DNA from: Nemertoderma westbladi
Taxonomy: Eukaryota > Animalia > Xenacoelomorpha
Direction of reading: 5' to 3'
DNA length: 64,000 nucleotides
NCBI GenBank assembly: GCA_032718475.1
Contig: JAUCBJ010006887.1
Span: forward strand, 99,515-163,514
In this document: positions 1 to 10,416 of the stretch, piece by piece
Layout: each line of letters begins with the position of its first letter
How positions within the stretch are numbered: the first letter of the stretch is position 1
Program-made: the position numbers and the translations under genes
Notes under the pieces: model-generated
What the model saw: the letters and a program-made list of their open reading frames with translations, nothing else
Databases searched by the model: none
What the model was told of the DNA's origin: nothing

Positions 1-421
1 GTAAGAACAAGGTCTCAGTTGTACAGTAATTGTTATTACAGTTAGCTAGTAAAAGGTTGGGAGTTATACCTTTGTAATAAGTGTATTGTACCACGAATTC
101 CCCCTACATTACAAACTATCTAGGTTACATTTAGTATTTTAGGATATTACGTAATTATGGATGGTGCTGTGTGCTATCTATTATTATTATTATTGAAATT
201 ACAAATTCGTGTGAGTGCACGGTAATCAATAAATCATTTACATATAAGTCTTACAGTTGTAGTAAGTAAGCCAACTAGGCCAATTTGATATAAAATAATA
301 TTATAAACACACTAAAGGTAAATAAGGTATTATCAGTTTATTACTTCACTGGTATTACTGCGAATCGCCTGACGCCACGTATTTATAGTCGGGTCGTCGC
401 GACTAAAGTCACGTTATTAGG

Positions 422-3400
422 TTAGTGTGCTGCTTCAAGGAGGCAACACTTGTTGACTGGTCGACGATAGACCTTCCCTGAAGCCTTCCGTAGACTCACG
501 GTGCGAACGTGACCATCCTCACTGTCGTGGGTCCTAACCACACGAGCCATGTCCCAGTCTCCCTTCTGTAATGTGTCATCGGTCACAATGACAAGGTCTC
601 CCAACTGTAGATCGCGGTACTCTTTGTTCCACTTTCTCCTCTGTCTTAACGTGGGTAGGTACTCTCGTACCCAGCGGTTCCAATACTCGTTCTTACACCG
701 CTGAGCGACGATATATGGGTTGCGTAAGTCTCCCTCGCCGATCTCTCCCAACGGGTCTCGGACAGTTACTGGGCCTACACCCAACAAGTGGTTTGGCGTG
801 AGGGCCTCCAGTGACTTCGGGTCATCGGTGGTAGCCACCAGGGGTCGTCCGTTAACAATGGTTTCGACCTCGGCGAAGATGGTTCTCATCGCGTCTTCTG
901 TCACTACGTGTCCGTGTGTAACGGCCTGAATGTGGCGTTTCACCACGCCCACCATAGCCTCCCAAACACCGGACATATGAGGGGCATAGGGTGTGTGAAA
1001 CGACCACTCGATTCCCAGTTCTTGGGTCTTCTCCACCGTCCCCTTGACGAAGGCCTGTTGTGCTCCTTCTAGTTCGTGTTCAGCACCGACGAAGTTGGTT
1101 CCGTTGTCCGAGGAGATCTTCTTCGGTTCACCTCGGCGCGCGATAAAGCGCCGCAATGCGTTGAGAAACGCCGCTGCTGAAGCATCTGGTACTAGTTCGA
1201 GTGCTATAGCCCGCGTGGCATAGCAGACGAATATTATTCCATACCCCTTTCGCATGGTCTTGAGTACTCGTCGAGTCCATCGAACGTATAAATCGATGGG
1301 GCCGAACATATCCACCCCTGTGTGGTGGAACGGTACGAGTCCCGCCGTTACCCTATCTTTCGGTAGCGGCGCCATCAGCTGTTCTAGCCGTCTATGCCAT
1401 ATCTTCTTACATTTAATGCAACCGCTGAGGATCTTCCTCACGGTTTGCCTGAGTCCAGTAGCGGTGAAGCGTTTACGCACCGCCACTATCGTCGCATCCT
1501 TACCCCCATGCGCGATGTCACAGTGTGTCTGCCACACCACTTGGTTCAGGGCCGTGGAGCCCGCAGGTAATATCATGGGCTGGCTTGCCACTATGAAATC
1601 CTTGGCGTTTGCCAACCGGGCCACGGATGCTACCATGATACCACCCTCCAACTGGGGTGCTAACTTTCGTAGCGGACTGCTCTTCTGTACAGGCTTACCC
1701 TCCCTGAGCCTCCTCCACTCCTCAGGGTAAGCTCGGGCCTGTACGTAGGTCACTACCATCCTCTCTGCCTCCTGTATAGGCAACCTGATGGGTATGGTCT
1801 TGGTTATTCGGTACTTAGCTAAGGCTATGAACCAAGCCACCCTGTTGATCGTCCTCCTCCACGTTGAGGACTTGTCTATGATCCTGTCAATCCGGGGGTC
1901 TCTGACCGCCGGTGTGGTCACCATGGAGCACACCCGGACCTCCGGGTCCGCTTTCAGAAGCTCCGACGCATTGGCCTCTGGGAACAAAGGCCAGTCCTTC
2001 CTGTTGGGTAGGAAAGTCGGCCCGTGTTGCCACAGGTCCTCTTTCTGTTCGAAGGGGACCTCTAGGCTCCCCCTCGATACAAGGTCAGCTGGGTTCTGGT
2101 CAGTGGGGCAGTAGCCCCAATCACTAACCTCTGTTAGGGTGCGGATATAGTCCACCCGGTTGGCGACGAATACTTTGAATCGCCTACTCGGGTGGCTGAT
2201 GTATAGCACCACAGTGGTGGCATCAATCCAATATCTCACTAGTACGATGCACCCCAGGGCCCTTATAATGACCTGGGCCATCTGCACGGCCAGTACCGAC
2301 GCCATTAGTTCTAGGCGCGGTATGGTGGCCTGTGCTTTGGGTGCTACCCTTGCTTTGCTATAGACCAGACGTGGGCGGTATTTGGCTGACTGCTGGTGCA
2401 AGTAGGCAACTGCCCCATACCCCACGCTGGAGGCGTCCGCGAACACATGTAGCTCTACAGCTGCCATGTCCCCGTTTGGAAAGTAAGGCCGTGGGATAAT
2501 GAGACGGGATATTTGTTCCAGGCTCATTAACCAGGCGTTCCACCTGTCGGCCATCCTGGCAGACACCGGAGCATCCCACGCTCCATTGTCTAAAGTCACC
2601 TCCCTCAGAATCTGTTTTCCTACAAGTATGTTTGGTGCCACAAGGCCCAGTGGGTCATATATCCGTGAAATGAAAGACAAGTAGGCCCTCCTCGTATGTA
2701 CCACCTGAAGAGGAGCCTTAAACTTGTATTCTAGTACGTCTGAGGCTTTCTCCCAGGAGATGCCCAGTACCCGAGAGTCTGGCTTACTCGGGTCTGATGT
2801 TACCAGTGCCGAGGTGGTCTCCGGGTTGGCACAGTCTGGTGGGATGTATGAGGCCGGCTGCCCCATATCTCCCCCCAGGAGGTCGCCATTGTCATCGTCG
2901 GCGCTCGGGTCTGATACCTTTCCCTCTTCCTTGTCCATCGCATACATGAACTTGGGTGAGTTGGAGCGGAACTTGGTAAGGTTGAAACCGCCCGTGGAAA
3001 GGCAGTCGCGGGCCGTGATGGCCAGCTGGATGAGGTCGGCTTCGGAGTTACCCGACTTCATCCCATCGTCAACATAAAAATCGTTTGTTATAAAGTCTCT
3101 CACGGGCGGAGCCACCGACTCACTCGCGGTAGTGCGTCGTAGTGCTGTGGTGGCCACACACGGGGAACACTTAGCCCCGAAGATATGTACCAACATCTGG
3201 TACACCTCCGGCGCTGTGTCCAGCTGATCCCCACTATACCACAGGAAACGCTGGCTGTCCGCGTCGTCTTCATAAACGAAGACCTGGTGAAACATGGCCT
3301 CTACGTCACATGTGAAGGCGTAGAGGCCCATGCGGAACCTTAGCAGGATGTCAACCCCGCTATTGAAAACATTGGGTCCCTCTAATAAGTAGTCATTAAG

Positions 3401-6013
3401 CGATTTACCCAAGTATTTCGCCGCTGCGTCGTTGACCAGTCGCAGCTTGGATGCCCCTTTGGTAACGTGTAGGGGCAGATAGTAAGTTCGAGGAGACTCG
3501 GGTGCCCCCGCCGTGAGTTTACGGGCCCACCCTTTGTCTATATACTTCTGAATCTGTTTCTCAACAAATTCGTGTTTGTCAGGGTGTTTAGTCAATGACC
3601 GTTTGAGTCGGTTGAGTCTCATCTCCGCCATGGTTCTATTGTTAACCAAGGGTACTGCTCGATCTTTCCAGAGCATTGGAGCTGAGTAATGCCCGCCGCT
3701 CAAGATCATCTCCCTGTTCAATACATCGGTCGATATCTTGTCCGCCTGTGAGGCGCCCACGGCTGGGTTATATAAGCCCTCGGTGTCTATGTCATAGAGC
3801 CTTTCTAGGTCGCGCCTGGTTTCTTCCTCTCGTTCTCGGACCTCCTCCAATGTGAGTTCCGAAGACTCGGTGGGGTGCCCTTTCCCGGCCACGGTGAAGA
3901 CTGGTCTAGCCAGCCCTGCACTGTGTCTGTCGGGCTGCTCATCAATGTCCTTTACGGGTCCCGTCATACACCAACCATATGGGGTTAGCATGACCTGGGG
4001 GTCCCTTTCGGGGTCTGGTCCTTCGATGGAAGGCTGCAGTAGCCGGTGAGAACCTGGGCAATCTATACCAATGAGTACTGATACATAGGGTACATCCAGG
4101 TCATTGGGTATGTTAAAGTTCAGTCCTCGGGCGTGTGTGTATTGTTGAATTTCATCGGCCGAGGGCCGGTCTGCCGGTACGTTGAGCTCGGGTAGAACCC
4201 GAGCCTCAACAAGGTCCGACTTATATTGGGAATATGTCACAATAGATTTGAATCGACATAGAATCAGGTCGTACTCTACGTCTCTGTCCGGGTTGGCGAT
4301 GGTACAGAGTTGCATAAATGCCTTCCTTCGTTTAACTTGAAGGCGGTCTGCAACCACTCTGTCCATCATCGTTATCGCTGAACCTCCGTCTAAGAGCCCC
4401 AAAGTGGTTACCTGCTGGCCGCGGTTATCACATACCGCTAATGCAACAATCCTCAGGTACACATAGGGTTTAATCTTCGGTGGTTTCCGCAACCTCCGTC
4501 TCATGGGGAAGACAGGGAAGGCCACCTGCTTATCGGCCACCCTCTCCCCCGCTGTCCTACTATCCGCATGTTTATGCGCCTGCTGCTCGGTGGACTTACC
4601 GTCCCCCTCTGTGTTCTTACTATCGTATGGGCATGCCCGCCCAGAGTGCCCTGTTCGGGCACAAGTCCAACACAAGTGATGCTTCCTAGCATACGCCTTG
4701 TGTGTGTCGGCGTCCATCTTCTGCCAGTTTCTGCACTCAATCGTTCTGTGAGACGTTCCCCTATGGAACTGGCAATACCTTTCTTCGTTGAAAGGGAACT
4801 CCCCGATGTCTATATGGAAGACATCTTTCACCCATTGCCCACTTCCCCTGCTCGCTGTGGGTGGGGCGCTTCCGCTTTTAGATTCTTCGAAGCGGACCTG
4901 TCGATTGTTAGTTGGTGGGGTCGACCCGCCCCGACTGCTCTCCCGCGAAGGCGATCGGCCCGTCGCTCGATTATGCGCCGGTTCCGACGGTCTACCCCTG
5001 TAGTTGTTGTCCCCAACGTTGTTACAGGCGAATTTTTGGGTATTGCTCGACTTCCAATTGGATTTGAAACGGCCCGTGGGGTATTCCCTTTTCCCACGGT
5101 CTCCTTGTTCCTGTCGACTTCGCCCTTTATCCTTGGGGTATTTTAAACAGCGCTGATTAGCGCTCGCTGCCTTGTACTCCATGAAGTCAGCAAATTCTCC
5201 TAGCGTTGCTCGGCGATGTTGCGTAGCTGTAATCTTTGTCACTTGCTGCGCCCAGCTGCGACGCAGATGTAGTGGTAGTACATCAACCACTTGATTCAGC
5301 AGCCCGCCCGCCTTGAGATGGTAGGTCTCGCCCATCGTCTCGATGGAATTAATCAGCTGATTTATTCGATCGCTGTATTCGGTCATCTCGTCTGGTGTTT
5401 CAACCCTCACCCCATCAGTGAGGTGAAATATGGCGTCATCAATGATCTGTTCCGGATCGCCATACCGATCCTCTATCGCCTTCCAGGCCTTCCTGAACCC
5501 ATTCAACTGGCCCTGGAAACGATTAACGAGTTTCCTCGGGTCACCCGCTAGATAAGTCGCCAAATAGGTTAGTCGGCGGGTGTCTGACATTTCCTTTGTT
5601 AGAATTTCGTTGGAAAACAGAGCCCGAAATTGTATGTATTCCTCGGGGTGTTTCCCATCGAATTTAAAGGCTAAGGATTTTGGCAGCTCATTCTGCTCAC
5701 GTATAATGTGGAGCATTTTCGCTGTCGAAACCGCCTCGTTATCGTGGGTTGAGTTTGTGTCATTGTACACGCGCGGTGATGAGTCCGCCCGTGTTGACGT
5801 GGGCTCCTCCGACGGTCCGAAGGGGTCTATATACCGTCCGACCCCGTTGGTAGGGTACGCAAGCGGAGGTAGCTCAAACCCCGGTTCACCCAACCGACTT
5901 CCCGGACGTGGGTAATCCGGGTATTGTTCTCTACCTGGGGACTCGCCCGTTCGCCTCCCTGAAGGGGGAGGGTCTGGGTGAGTTGTACTTTCATATATGG
6001 AATTCTGTTGGGG
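422..6013 (-). CDS. BEL/Pao gag-pol polyprotein, main part. The frame is open from 6013; the track's 5893 start is a TTG.
   Basis: 1823-aa ORF with all catalytic motifs intact. I read the 40 codons between 6013 and 5894 by hand and found no stop. Confidence 0.92.
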   Translation of the reverse strand, partial: PQQNSIYESTTHPDPPPSGRRTGESPGREQYPDYPRPGSRLGEPGFELPPLAYPTNGVGRYIDPFGPSEEPTSTRADSSPRVYNDTNSTHDNEAVSTAKMLHIIREQNELPKSLAFKFDGKHPEEYIQFRALFSNEILTKEMSDTRRLTYLATYLAGDPRKLVNRFQGQLNGFRKAWKAIEDRYGDPEQIIDDAIFHLTDGVRVETPDEMTEYSDRINQLINSIETMGETYHLKAGGLLNQVVDVLPLHLRRSWAQQVTKITATQHRRATLGEFADFMEYKAASANQRCLKYPKDKGRSRQEQGDRGKREYPTGRFKSNWKSSNTQKFACNNVGDNNYRGRPSEPAHNRATGRSPSRESSRGGSTPPTNNRQVRFEESKSGSAPPTASRGSGQWVKDVFHIDIGEFPFNEERYCQFHRGTSHRTIECRNWQKMDADTHKAYARKHHLCWTCARTGHSGRACPYDSKNTEGDGKSTEQQAHKHADSRTAGERVADKQVAFPVFPMRRRLRKPPKIKPYVYLRIVALAVCDNRGQQVTTLGLLDGGSAITMMDRVVADRLQVKRRKAFMQLCTIANPDRDVEYDLILCRFKSIVTYSQYKSDLVEARVLPELNVPADRPSADEIQQYTHARGLNFNIPNDLDVPYVSVLIGIDCPGSHRLLQPSIEGPDPERDPQVMLTPYGWCMTGPVKDIDEQPDRHSAGLARPVFTVAGKGHPTESSELTLEEVREREEETRRDLERLYDIDTEGLYNPAVGASQADKISTDVLNREMILSGGHYSAPMLWKDRAVPLVNNRTMAEMRLNRLKRSLTKHPDKHEFVEKQIQKYIDKGWARKLTAGAPESPRTYYLPLHVTKGASKLRLVNDAAAKYLGKSLNDYLLEGPNVFNSGVDILLRFRMGLYAFTCDVEAMFHQVFVYEDDADSQRFLWYSGDQLDTAPEVYQMLVHIFGAKCSPCVATTALRRTTASESVAPPVRDFITNDFYVDDGMKSGNSEADLIQLAITARDCLSTGGFNLTKFRSNSPKFMYAMDKEEGKVSDPSADDDNGDLLGGDMGQPASYIPPDCANPETTSALVTSDPSKPDSRVLGISWEKASDVLEYKFKAPLQVVHTRRAYLSFISRIYDPLGLVAPNILVGKQILREVTLDNGAWDAPVSARMADRWNAWLMSLEQISRLIIPRPYFPNGDMAAVELHVFADASSVGYGAVAYLHQQSAKYRPRLVYSKARVAPKAQATIPRLELMASVLAVQMAQVIIRALGCIVLVRYWIDATTVVLYISHPSRRFKVFVANRVDYIRTLTEVSDWGYCPTDQNPADLVSRGSLEVPFEQKEDLWQHGPTFLPNRKDWPLFPEANASELLKADPEVRVCSMVTTPAVRDPRIDRIIDKSSTWRRTINRVAWFIALAKYRITKTIPIRLPIQEAERMVVTYVQARAYPEEWRRLREGKPVQKSSPLRKLAPQLEGGIMVASVARLANAKDFIVASQPMILPAGSTALNQVVWQTHCDIAHGGKDATIVAVRKRFTATGLRQTVRKILSGCIKCKKIWHRRLEQLMAPLPKDRVTAGLVPFHHTGVDMFGPIDLYVRWTRRVLKTMRKGYGIIFVCYATRAIALELVPDASAAAFLNALRRFIARRGEPKKISSDNGTNFVGAEHELEGAQQAFVKGTVEKTQELGIEWSFHTPYAPHMSGVWEAMVGVVKRHIQAVTHGHVVTEDAMRTIFAEVETIVNGRPLVATTDDPKSLEALTPNHLLGVGPVTVRDPLGEIGEGDLRNPYIVAQRCKNEYWNRWVREYLPTLRQRRKWNKEYRDLQLGDLVIVTDDTLQKGDWDMARVVRTHDSEDGHVRTVSLRKASGKVYRRPVNKCCLLEAAH

Positions 6014-8458
6014 TCATTCAGAATTTCCAAATGAACGCATTGTTGTTCGTGGGGGGGGGGGGCTCGGTGAGCCCCCTTTTCTGCAGAGCTCCGCCAGATA
6101 CCTCGACTCTGGCCTACTCCTGTGGGCGGTTGCGTCGGGCCTCTCGGAGGCTGACTCCCGTCCATCCCCTCTGTCCGTCTGCAGGTCCCCTGCTCGGGCT
6201 GCAGTCTCACTGATTGTCGGCACCGTCCGCGGGGCAAAGCCGACGGTCCCGCTCTGTCTGTTCACTCTCCCCCGGCTGGCGGTATTATCTACCGCCGGCG
6301 CGAATTCTGGGGCCCCTACTCGAAGTCCCCTCGAGTTCGCCGTAGGGGAACTTCCCTGTTCCCCTTGCTCTGCGATAATTAACTTACCAGTATTATCTTG
6401 CAGAAATTTGAGGGAGGTTAGCACTCTTAAGCCCTGGTGGTCCGCCTCCCTCGAGGCGTGGCTCTGTGCGTGTGTGGAGGCGGTGTCTACCTCCCCCTGT
6501 GTTACTCGGAACCCTAGTGCGGGCTCCCCCTGTCCAACCTGGAGCTGTCCTTCTCGCTCCCCCTGTGTCGCCTCCTCTGCTGGGAGCCCACCCCGATTCT
6601 GGGTGGGATAATACATTGCTGATCCTCTCGGTTCGTTTACCTCGTCGGTATCGACGACCACTACGGCCGGCGCTACCTGGGGAGGTTTCATGGCAGCCGG
6701 AGGCAGCTCCTGTATCGCTGTGATCCTGGCTGCGCCAGGCGGAGGCGGACCCGTAAAAATACCCGGGCCGCCCTTCCTGGTAGCACCAGGCGGAGGCGGA
6801 TCCGTAAAAATACCCGGGCCGCCGTAAAAACTCGTTCCTCTTATAACTGTGGGAATTATATTAGGTGTAGTGCTTATAGTAGGTGTAGTGGTGTGTGTAG
6901 TTACTACCGTAGGTACTACAACTATCGGTGGGGTGCTTACTGTGGGTGCTATAGTTGCTGCAGCTACTCCTACAGGTACTCCCCCTAATTCACCACTCCC
7001 TGTCACACTGGCTCCACCCGGCCCAACCGGTTGTTTTCTAGCCGGATGAGCTGGGCCCCTATGGAGCCCTATTACCGAGGCGGGTCTGCTCAGTTCACTA
7101 GTTCGTCGGCCCGGACTCGCTCTCGCTGAACGTACACTGTTATTGCTCACTCTGGACCCCACACTGCTACCCACAGTGGAGCCCCCTTTCACCCCGCGCG
7201 CTTGTGCCATCGCTAGCTTACGTATCGCTAATAAACGCGCCTCGTCTCTCACTTTATTATCAGCCCGCAATTTCTCTCTCGCTATCTCCTCGCTGTCCGC
7301 TCGTTGGGCCGCCTCAATCACTCTCTGGGCCGCCTCACGCGCAACCCTCTCACATTCAAGTTTTTGGTTCATTAATTCTCGCTCAAGAGTTTCCTCTCGG
7401 TCGAGCCTCTCCATCTCAAAGAGAGCCTCTTCATACTCCACTCGGTTTTGAATGGAGTCAGACGCGTTCGAATTTGAACCACGCGGCTGACTCGCACTGT
7501 CCCCAGGTTGTATCTCATCCTGGTCTCTGCCGTCACCGGCTAGGGTTATGCCAGTCCAGCCGTTTTGTGGCTGGCTGGGTATCCCTATAAAAATGTTTCC
7601 CACCCTTACCTGTTGATTGAATAAACATTTATCAAACGCATCGTCCAATATTCCCCCGATGTCCGTCTCCCAGTGTTTGGCTTCCTCCTCGGCGCCTTGC
7701 TCTCCAAGAATCCTGAGGTAGTCGTTGACTACCTCTAGGGCTGCCGCCAGGTCGATATCCGGTCGTCCGGCAGTCGCCCAGGTCTCCAATCGTCTTCGCT
7801 GTAATCGAAACTGTCGCCCCGCTCGCTCGATCACCCCTGTGTCGAGCTGCGCTGGGGGCCGGTTGGGGTCCGAGGAAGAACGGAGCTTCCTCCGGTTCGT
7901 TGTCCCGTTGGGCCGTCCCATCGGGTTCGTCCGATCGCCTCTTTCTCGCGAGCGTCCTCGGGCTGGAAGTTTGGGTAGTGCTGGGATTAATTGCGAGGGT
8001 TCCCGGTCTGGGTCCACCCCGCTTCCCTTGTCGTCGTCTATCGCCGGCTCCGGTCTGGAGGGAGGTGATCTCGATCTCTCCCGGCGTTGGTGTTCCTCTG
8101 GGAACCGTGCCGGACCGGCGGGAGGTGATGGCGGTTCTCCTCGTTGTGGTAACTCAGTCGGGAGTGACTGCGTCGTTGCCGTGATTAACTCGTCTATCCA
8201 CGTCCGTGTTTCATCGGGTGTCGTGGTCCCGGCCGGCCGCCCGACGGATTCTTCCGTCGACGGGATAGGCGGGGATTCCCGGGAGCTCGGGCCCACGGGG
8301 CTGCCGCGCCCCGATACCGGGTTGCTCAAGTCCAAGAAGGGACTCGAGGCTGTAGCTGGGGCAGCCATTGCTGCCCCGCCAGTGGCGGGTTGAACCCCGG
8401 GTTCAACCTGGCCAGGTGCCGTCGCTGGCTGACTGCCAGAAAGTAGACTGTCTGACAT
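6014..8458 (-). CDS. BEL/Pao N-terminal gag extension (814 aa, low complexity plus coiled coil), in frame with the downstream ORF
   Basis: ATG start. The DEIQPGDSASQ motif followed by an E/R-rich coiled coil resembles BEL/Pao gag N-termini. It ends at TGA 6016-6014 in the same frame as the pol ORF. Confidence 0.75.
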   Translation of the reverse strand: MSDSLLSGSQPATAPGQVEPGVQPATGGAAMAAPATASSPFLDLSNPVSGRGSPVGPSSRESPPIPSTEESVGRPAGTTTPDETRTWIDELITATTQSLPTELPQRGEPPSPPAGPARFPEEHQRRERSRSPPSRPEPAIDDDKGSGVDPDREPSQLIPALPKLPARGRSRERGDRTNPMGRPNGTTNRRKLRSSSDPNRPPAQLDTGVIERAGRQFRLQRRRLETWATAGRPDIDLAAALEVVNDYLRILGEQGAEEEAKHWETDIGGILDDAFDKCLFNQQVRVGNIFIGIPSQPQNGWTGITLAGDGRDQDEIQPGDSASQPRGSNSNASDSIQNRVEYEEALFEMERLDREETLERELMNQKLECERVAREAAQRVIEAAQRADSEEIAREKLRADNKVRDEARLLAIRKLAMAQARGVKGGSTVGSSVGSRVSNNSVRSARASPGRRTSELSRPASVIGLHRGPAHPARKQPVGPGGASVTGSGELGGVPVGVAAATIAPTVSTPPIVVVPTVVTTHTTTPTISTTPNIIPTVIRGTSFYGGPGIFTDPPPPGATRKGGPGIFTGPPPPGAARITAIQELPPAAMKPPQVAPAVVVVDTDEVNEPRGSAMYYPTQNRGGLPAEEATQGEREGQLQVGQGEPALGFRVTQGEVDTASTHAQSHASREADHQGLRVLTSLKFLQDNTGKLIIAEQGEQGSSPTANSRGLRVGAPEFAPAVDNTASRGRVNRQSGTVGFAPRTVPTISETAARAGDLQTDRGDGRESASERPDATAHRSRPESRYLAELCRKGGSPSPPPPRTTMRSFGNSE

Positions 8459-9606
8459 CCTAGGTACGGTAGCCTATGGAGGGACTGACAGGTCTGAGTT
8501 ACGGAATAATGGAATACTTTTTTGGCCTATCTTACAGTTTTTTAAGGCCACTGCCGGTTCGCGGGAAGCCGCGTCGCGGGTCTTTGTCGTGTCGTTATCG
8601 AGGCTGTCGTTTTCTGAGACAGCCCCCACTCGTGACGTTGTTTTATTTTTGGGTTGGTGTAGTGGCGTAAATATCACGTAATGATGAGTTCCCCACTGAA
8701 CCGCCCAAATCAGGTAACCCGCCCGTCCGGTGGAAAGGAAACTGATAACTAAACGCTCCAGTGTGGTGTCTGTGCAGGCCGATCCCTACACAGCACCATA
8801 GTAATACAGAATATAGACAGAATATAAACAGATAACAAACAATAAATCAGATGCATTTACAAAAGATAAAATAATATAAGTGAATACGTAAAATGAATAA
8901 GGAATCTGTACTACTAAAGAACTGTGCCATAAAACAACGATATCACCTTCCACTCTTGTCACCAAACCAACTGAACCAATATTGCTAATCTGTGTCTAAT
9001 GTACCCCGGTAGCGCGGATGAATATTCCCTAGTAATGAGCCAGACTGGGGTTTAAGACCCCAGCCTGGCACCCGTACGTAGCAAAAACCCTAATTAAGTA
9101 CATAATCCTACTATCTAAAACTAAAACCTACTGAAACCCCCCCAATATAACAATAAATACGTACTACATAATGTAGTACATATTGACCGCCTAATTGTAC
9201 ATTCCTATCTCTGGCAAGGCTAATATCCCATCTCCCTGCTACCTATGTCTTGCTACAGGTGTGGCCTGGCGGCCAACCTGTTCCCGATCACGTGCTCTTT
9301 GTATACCTCGTTTGTAATCCACCTAGTCCCATGTCTGTATATTGATACCTTGAGAGTTGACTTGGTGGAAGGCGTACGTAGTAACCTAATACTAATATTC
9401 CTGGAAATCACTGCAGCCCAGTCCCCCCCCCCCCCCCCCCGTGTGCCCTGTAACTAGTCAGTTCCGTAGTCCTACCTACACCTACAGTACAAACGCTACA
9501 GTAATTACCCCTACAGTACAAACATTAGGCTTGGGTGGGAAACCCGTGGTACTCGTATAATATATGTGTGGGTTTGGGAAGGGTAAGGTTCCGGTTGTCG
9601 GACACA

Positions 9607-10416
9607 GGTGCCGTACGTGGTACCGTACGTGGTACCGTGCGTGGAGCCGTACGTGGTACCGTACGTGGTACCGTACGTGGTACTGTACGTGGTACCGTAC
9701 GTGGTACCGTACGTGGTACCGTACGTGGTACCGTACGTGGTGCCGTACGTGGTACCGTATGTGGAGCCGTACGTGGTGCCGTACGTGGTGCCGTACGTGG
9801 TACTGTACGTGGTACCGTACGTGGTACTGTACGTGGTACCGTACGTGGTGCCGTACGTGGTACCGTACGTGGTGCCGTACGTGGTACTGTACGTGGTACC
9901 GTACGTGGTGCCGTACGTGATGCCGTACGTAGTACCGTACGTGGTGCCGTACGTAGTACCGTACGTGGTGCCGTACGTAGTACCGTACGTGGTACCGTAC
10001 GTGGTGCCGTACGTGGTACCGTACGTGGTACCGTACGTGGTGCCGTACGTGGTGCCGTACGTGGTGCCGTACGTGGTACCGTACGTGGTGCCGTGCGTGG
10101 TGCCGTACGTGGTGCCGTACGTGGTACCGTACGTGGTGCCGTACGTGGTGCCGTACGTGGTGCCGTACGTGGTACCGTACGTGTTGCCGTACGTGGTGCC
10201 GTACGTGGTACCGTACGTGGTACCGTACGTGGTGCCGTACGTGGTGCCGTACGTGTTGCCGTACGTGGTACCGTACGTGGTGCCGTGCGTGGTGCCGTAC
10301 GTGGTACCGTACGTGGTGCCGTACGTGGTGCCGTACGTGGTGCCGTACGTGGTACCGTACGTGGTGCCGTACGTGGTGCGTACGTGGTACCGTACGTGGG
10401 GGTACCGTACGTGGTG
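9607..10416. repeat. 12-bp tandem satellite CCGTACGTGGT(A/G), ~67 copies
   Basis: Directly visible. It produces the 4-aa periodic ORFs in the track. Confidence 0.97.

Larger units (their letters stand above)
422..8458 (-). mobile_element. BEL/Pao LTR retrotransposon, internal coding region (LTRs not resolved in the window)
   Basis: Domain order gag-protease-RT-RNaseH-integrase. DUF1759-like gag (FDGKHPEEYIQFRALF), Zn knuckles CQFHRGTSHRTIEC and CWTCARTGHSGRAC, protease LLDGGS, RT DVEAMFHQV and FYVDDG, Pao RNaseH LHVFADAS / IPRLELMA / NPADLVSRG, integrase HHCC + GVDMFGP + SDNGTNF, and a C-terminal YWNRWVREYLPTL...RPVNKCCLL (DUF5641-like) segment. Confidence 0.95.

Noticed and set aside
6014-6016. 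Variant genetic code or selenocysteine explanation for the in-frame TGA
   Set aside because: TGA is used as a normal stop by CCDC171 (34899-34901), no SECIS was recognised, and the site is in a disordered, non-catalytic region.
720-8393. Many 60-220 aa plus-strand ORFs over the BEL element, and similar antisense ORFs over LRMP, LRGUK, MCCC1 and OPTN
   Set aside because: Shadow ORFs of GC-rich or coiled-coil coding sequence, with no recognisable motifs.
8946-8964. Primer-binding site TGGTGACAAGAGTGGAAGG (tRNA-Leu-like) for the BEL element
   Set aside because: It is not preceded by a clear LTR-terminal CA and the second LTR is not in the window, so it cannot be supported.
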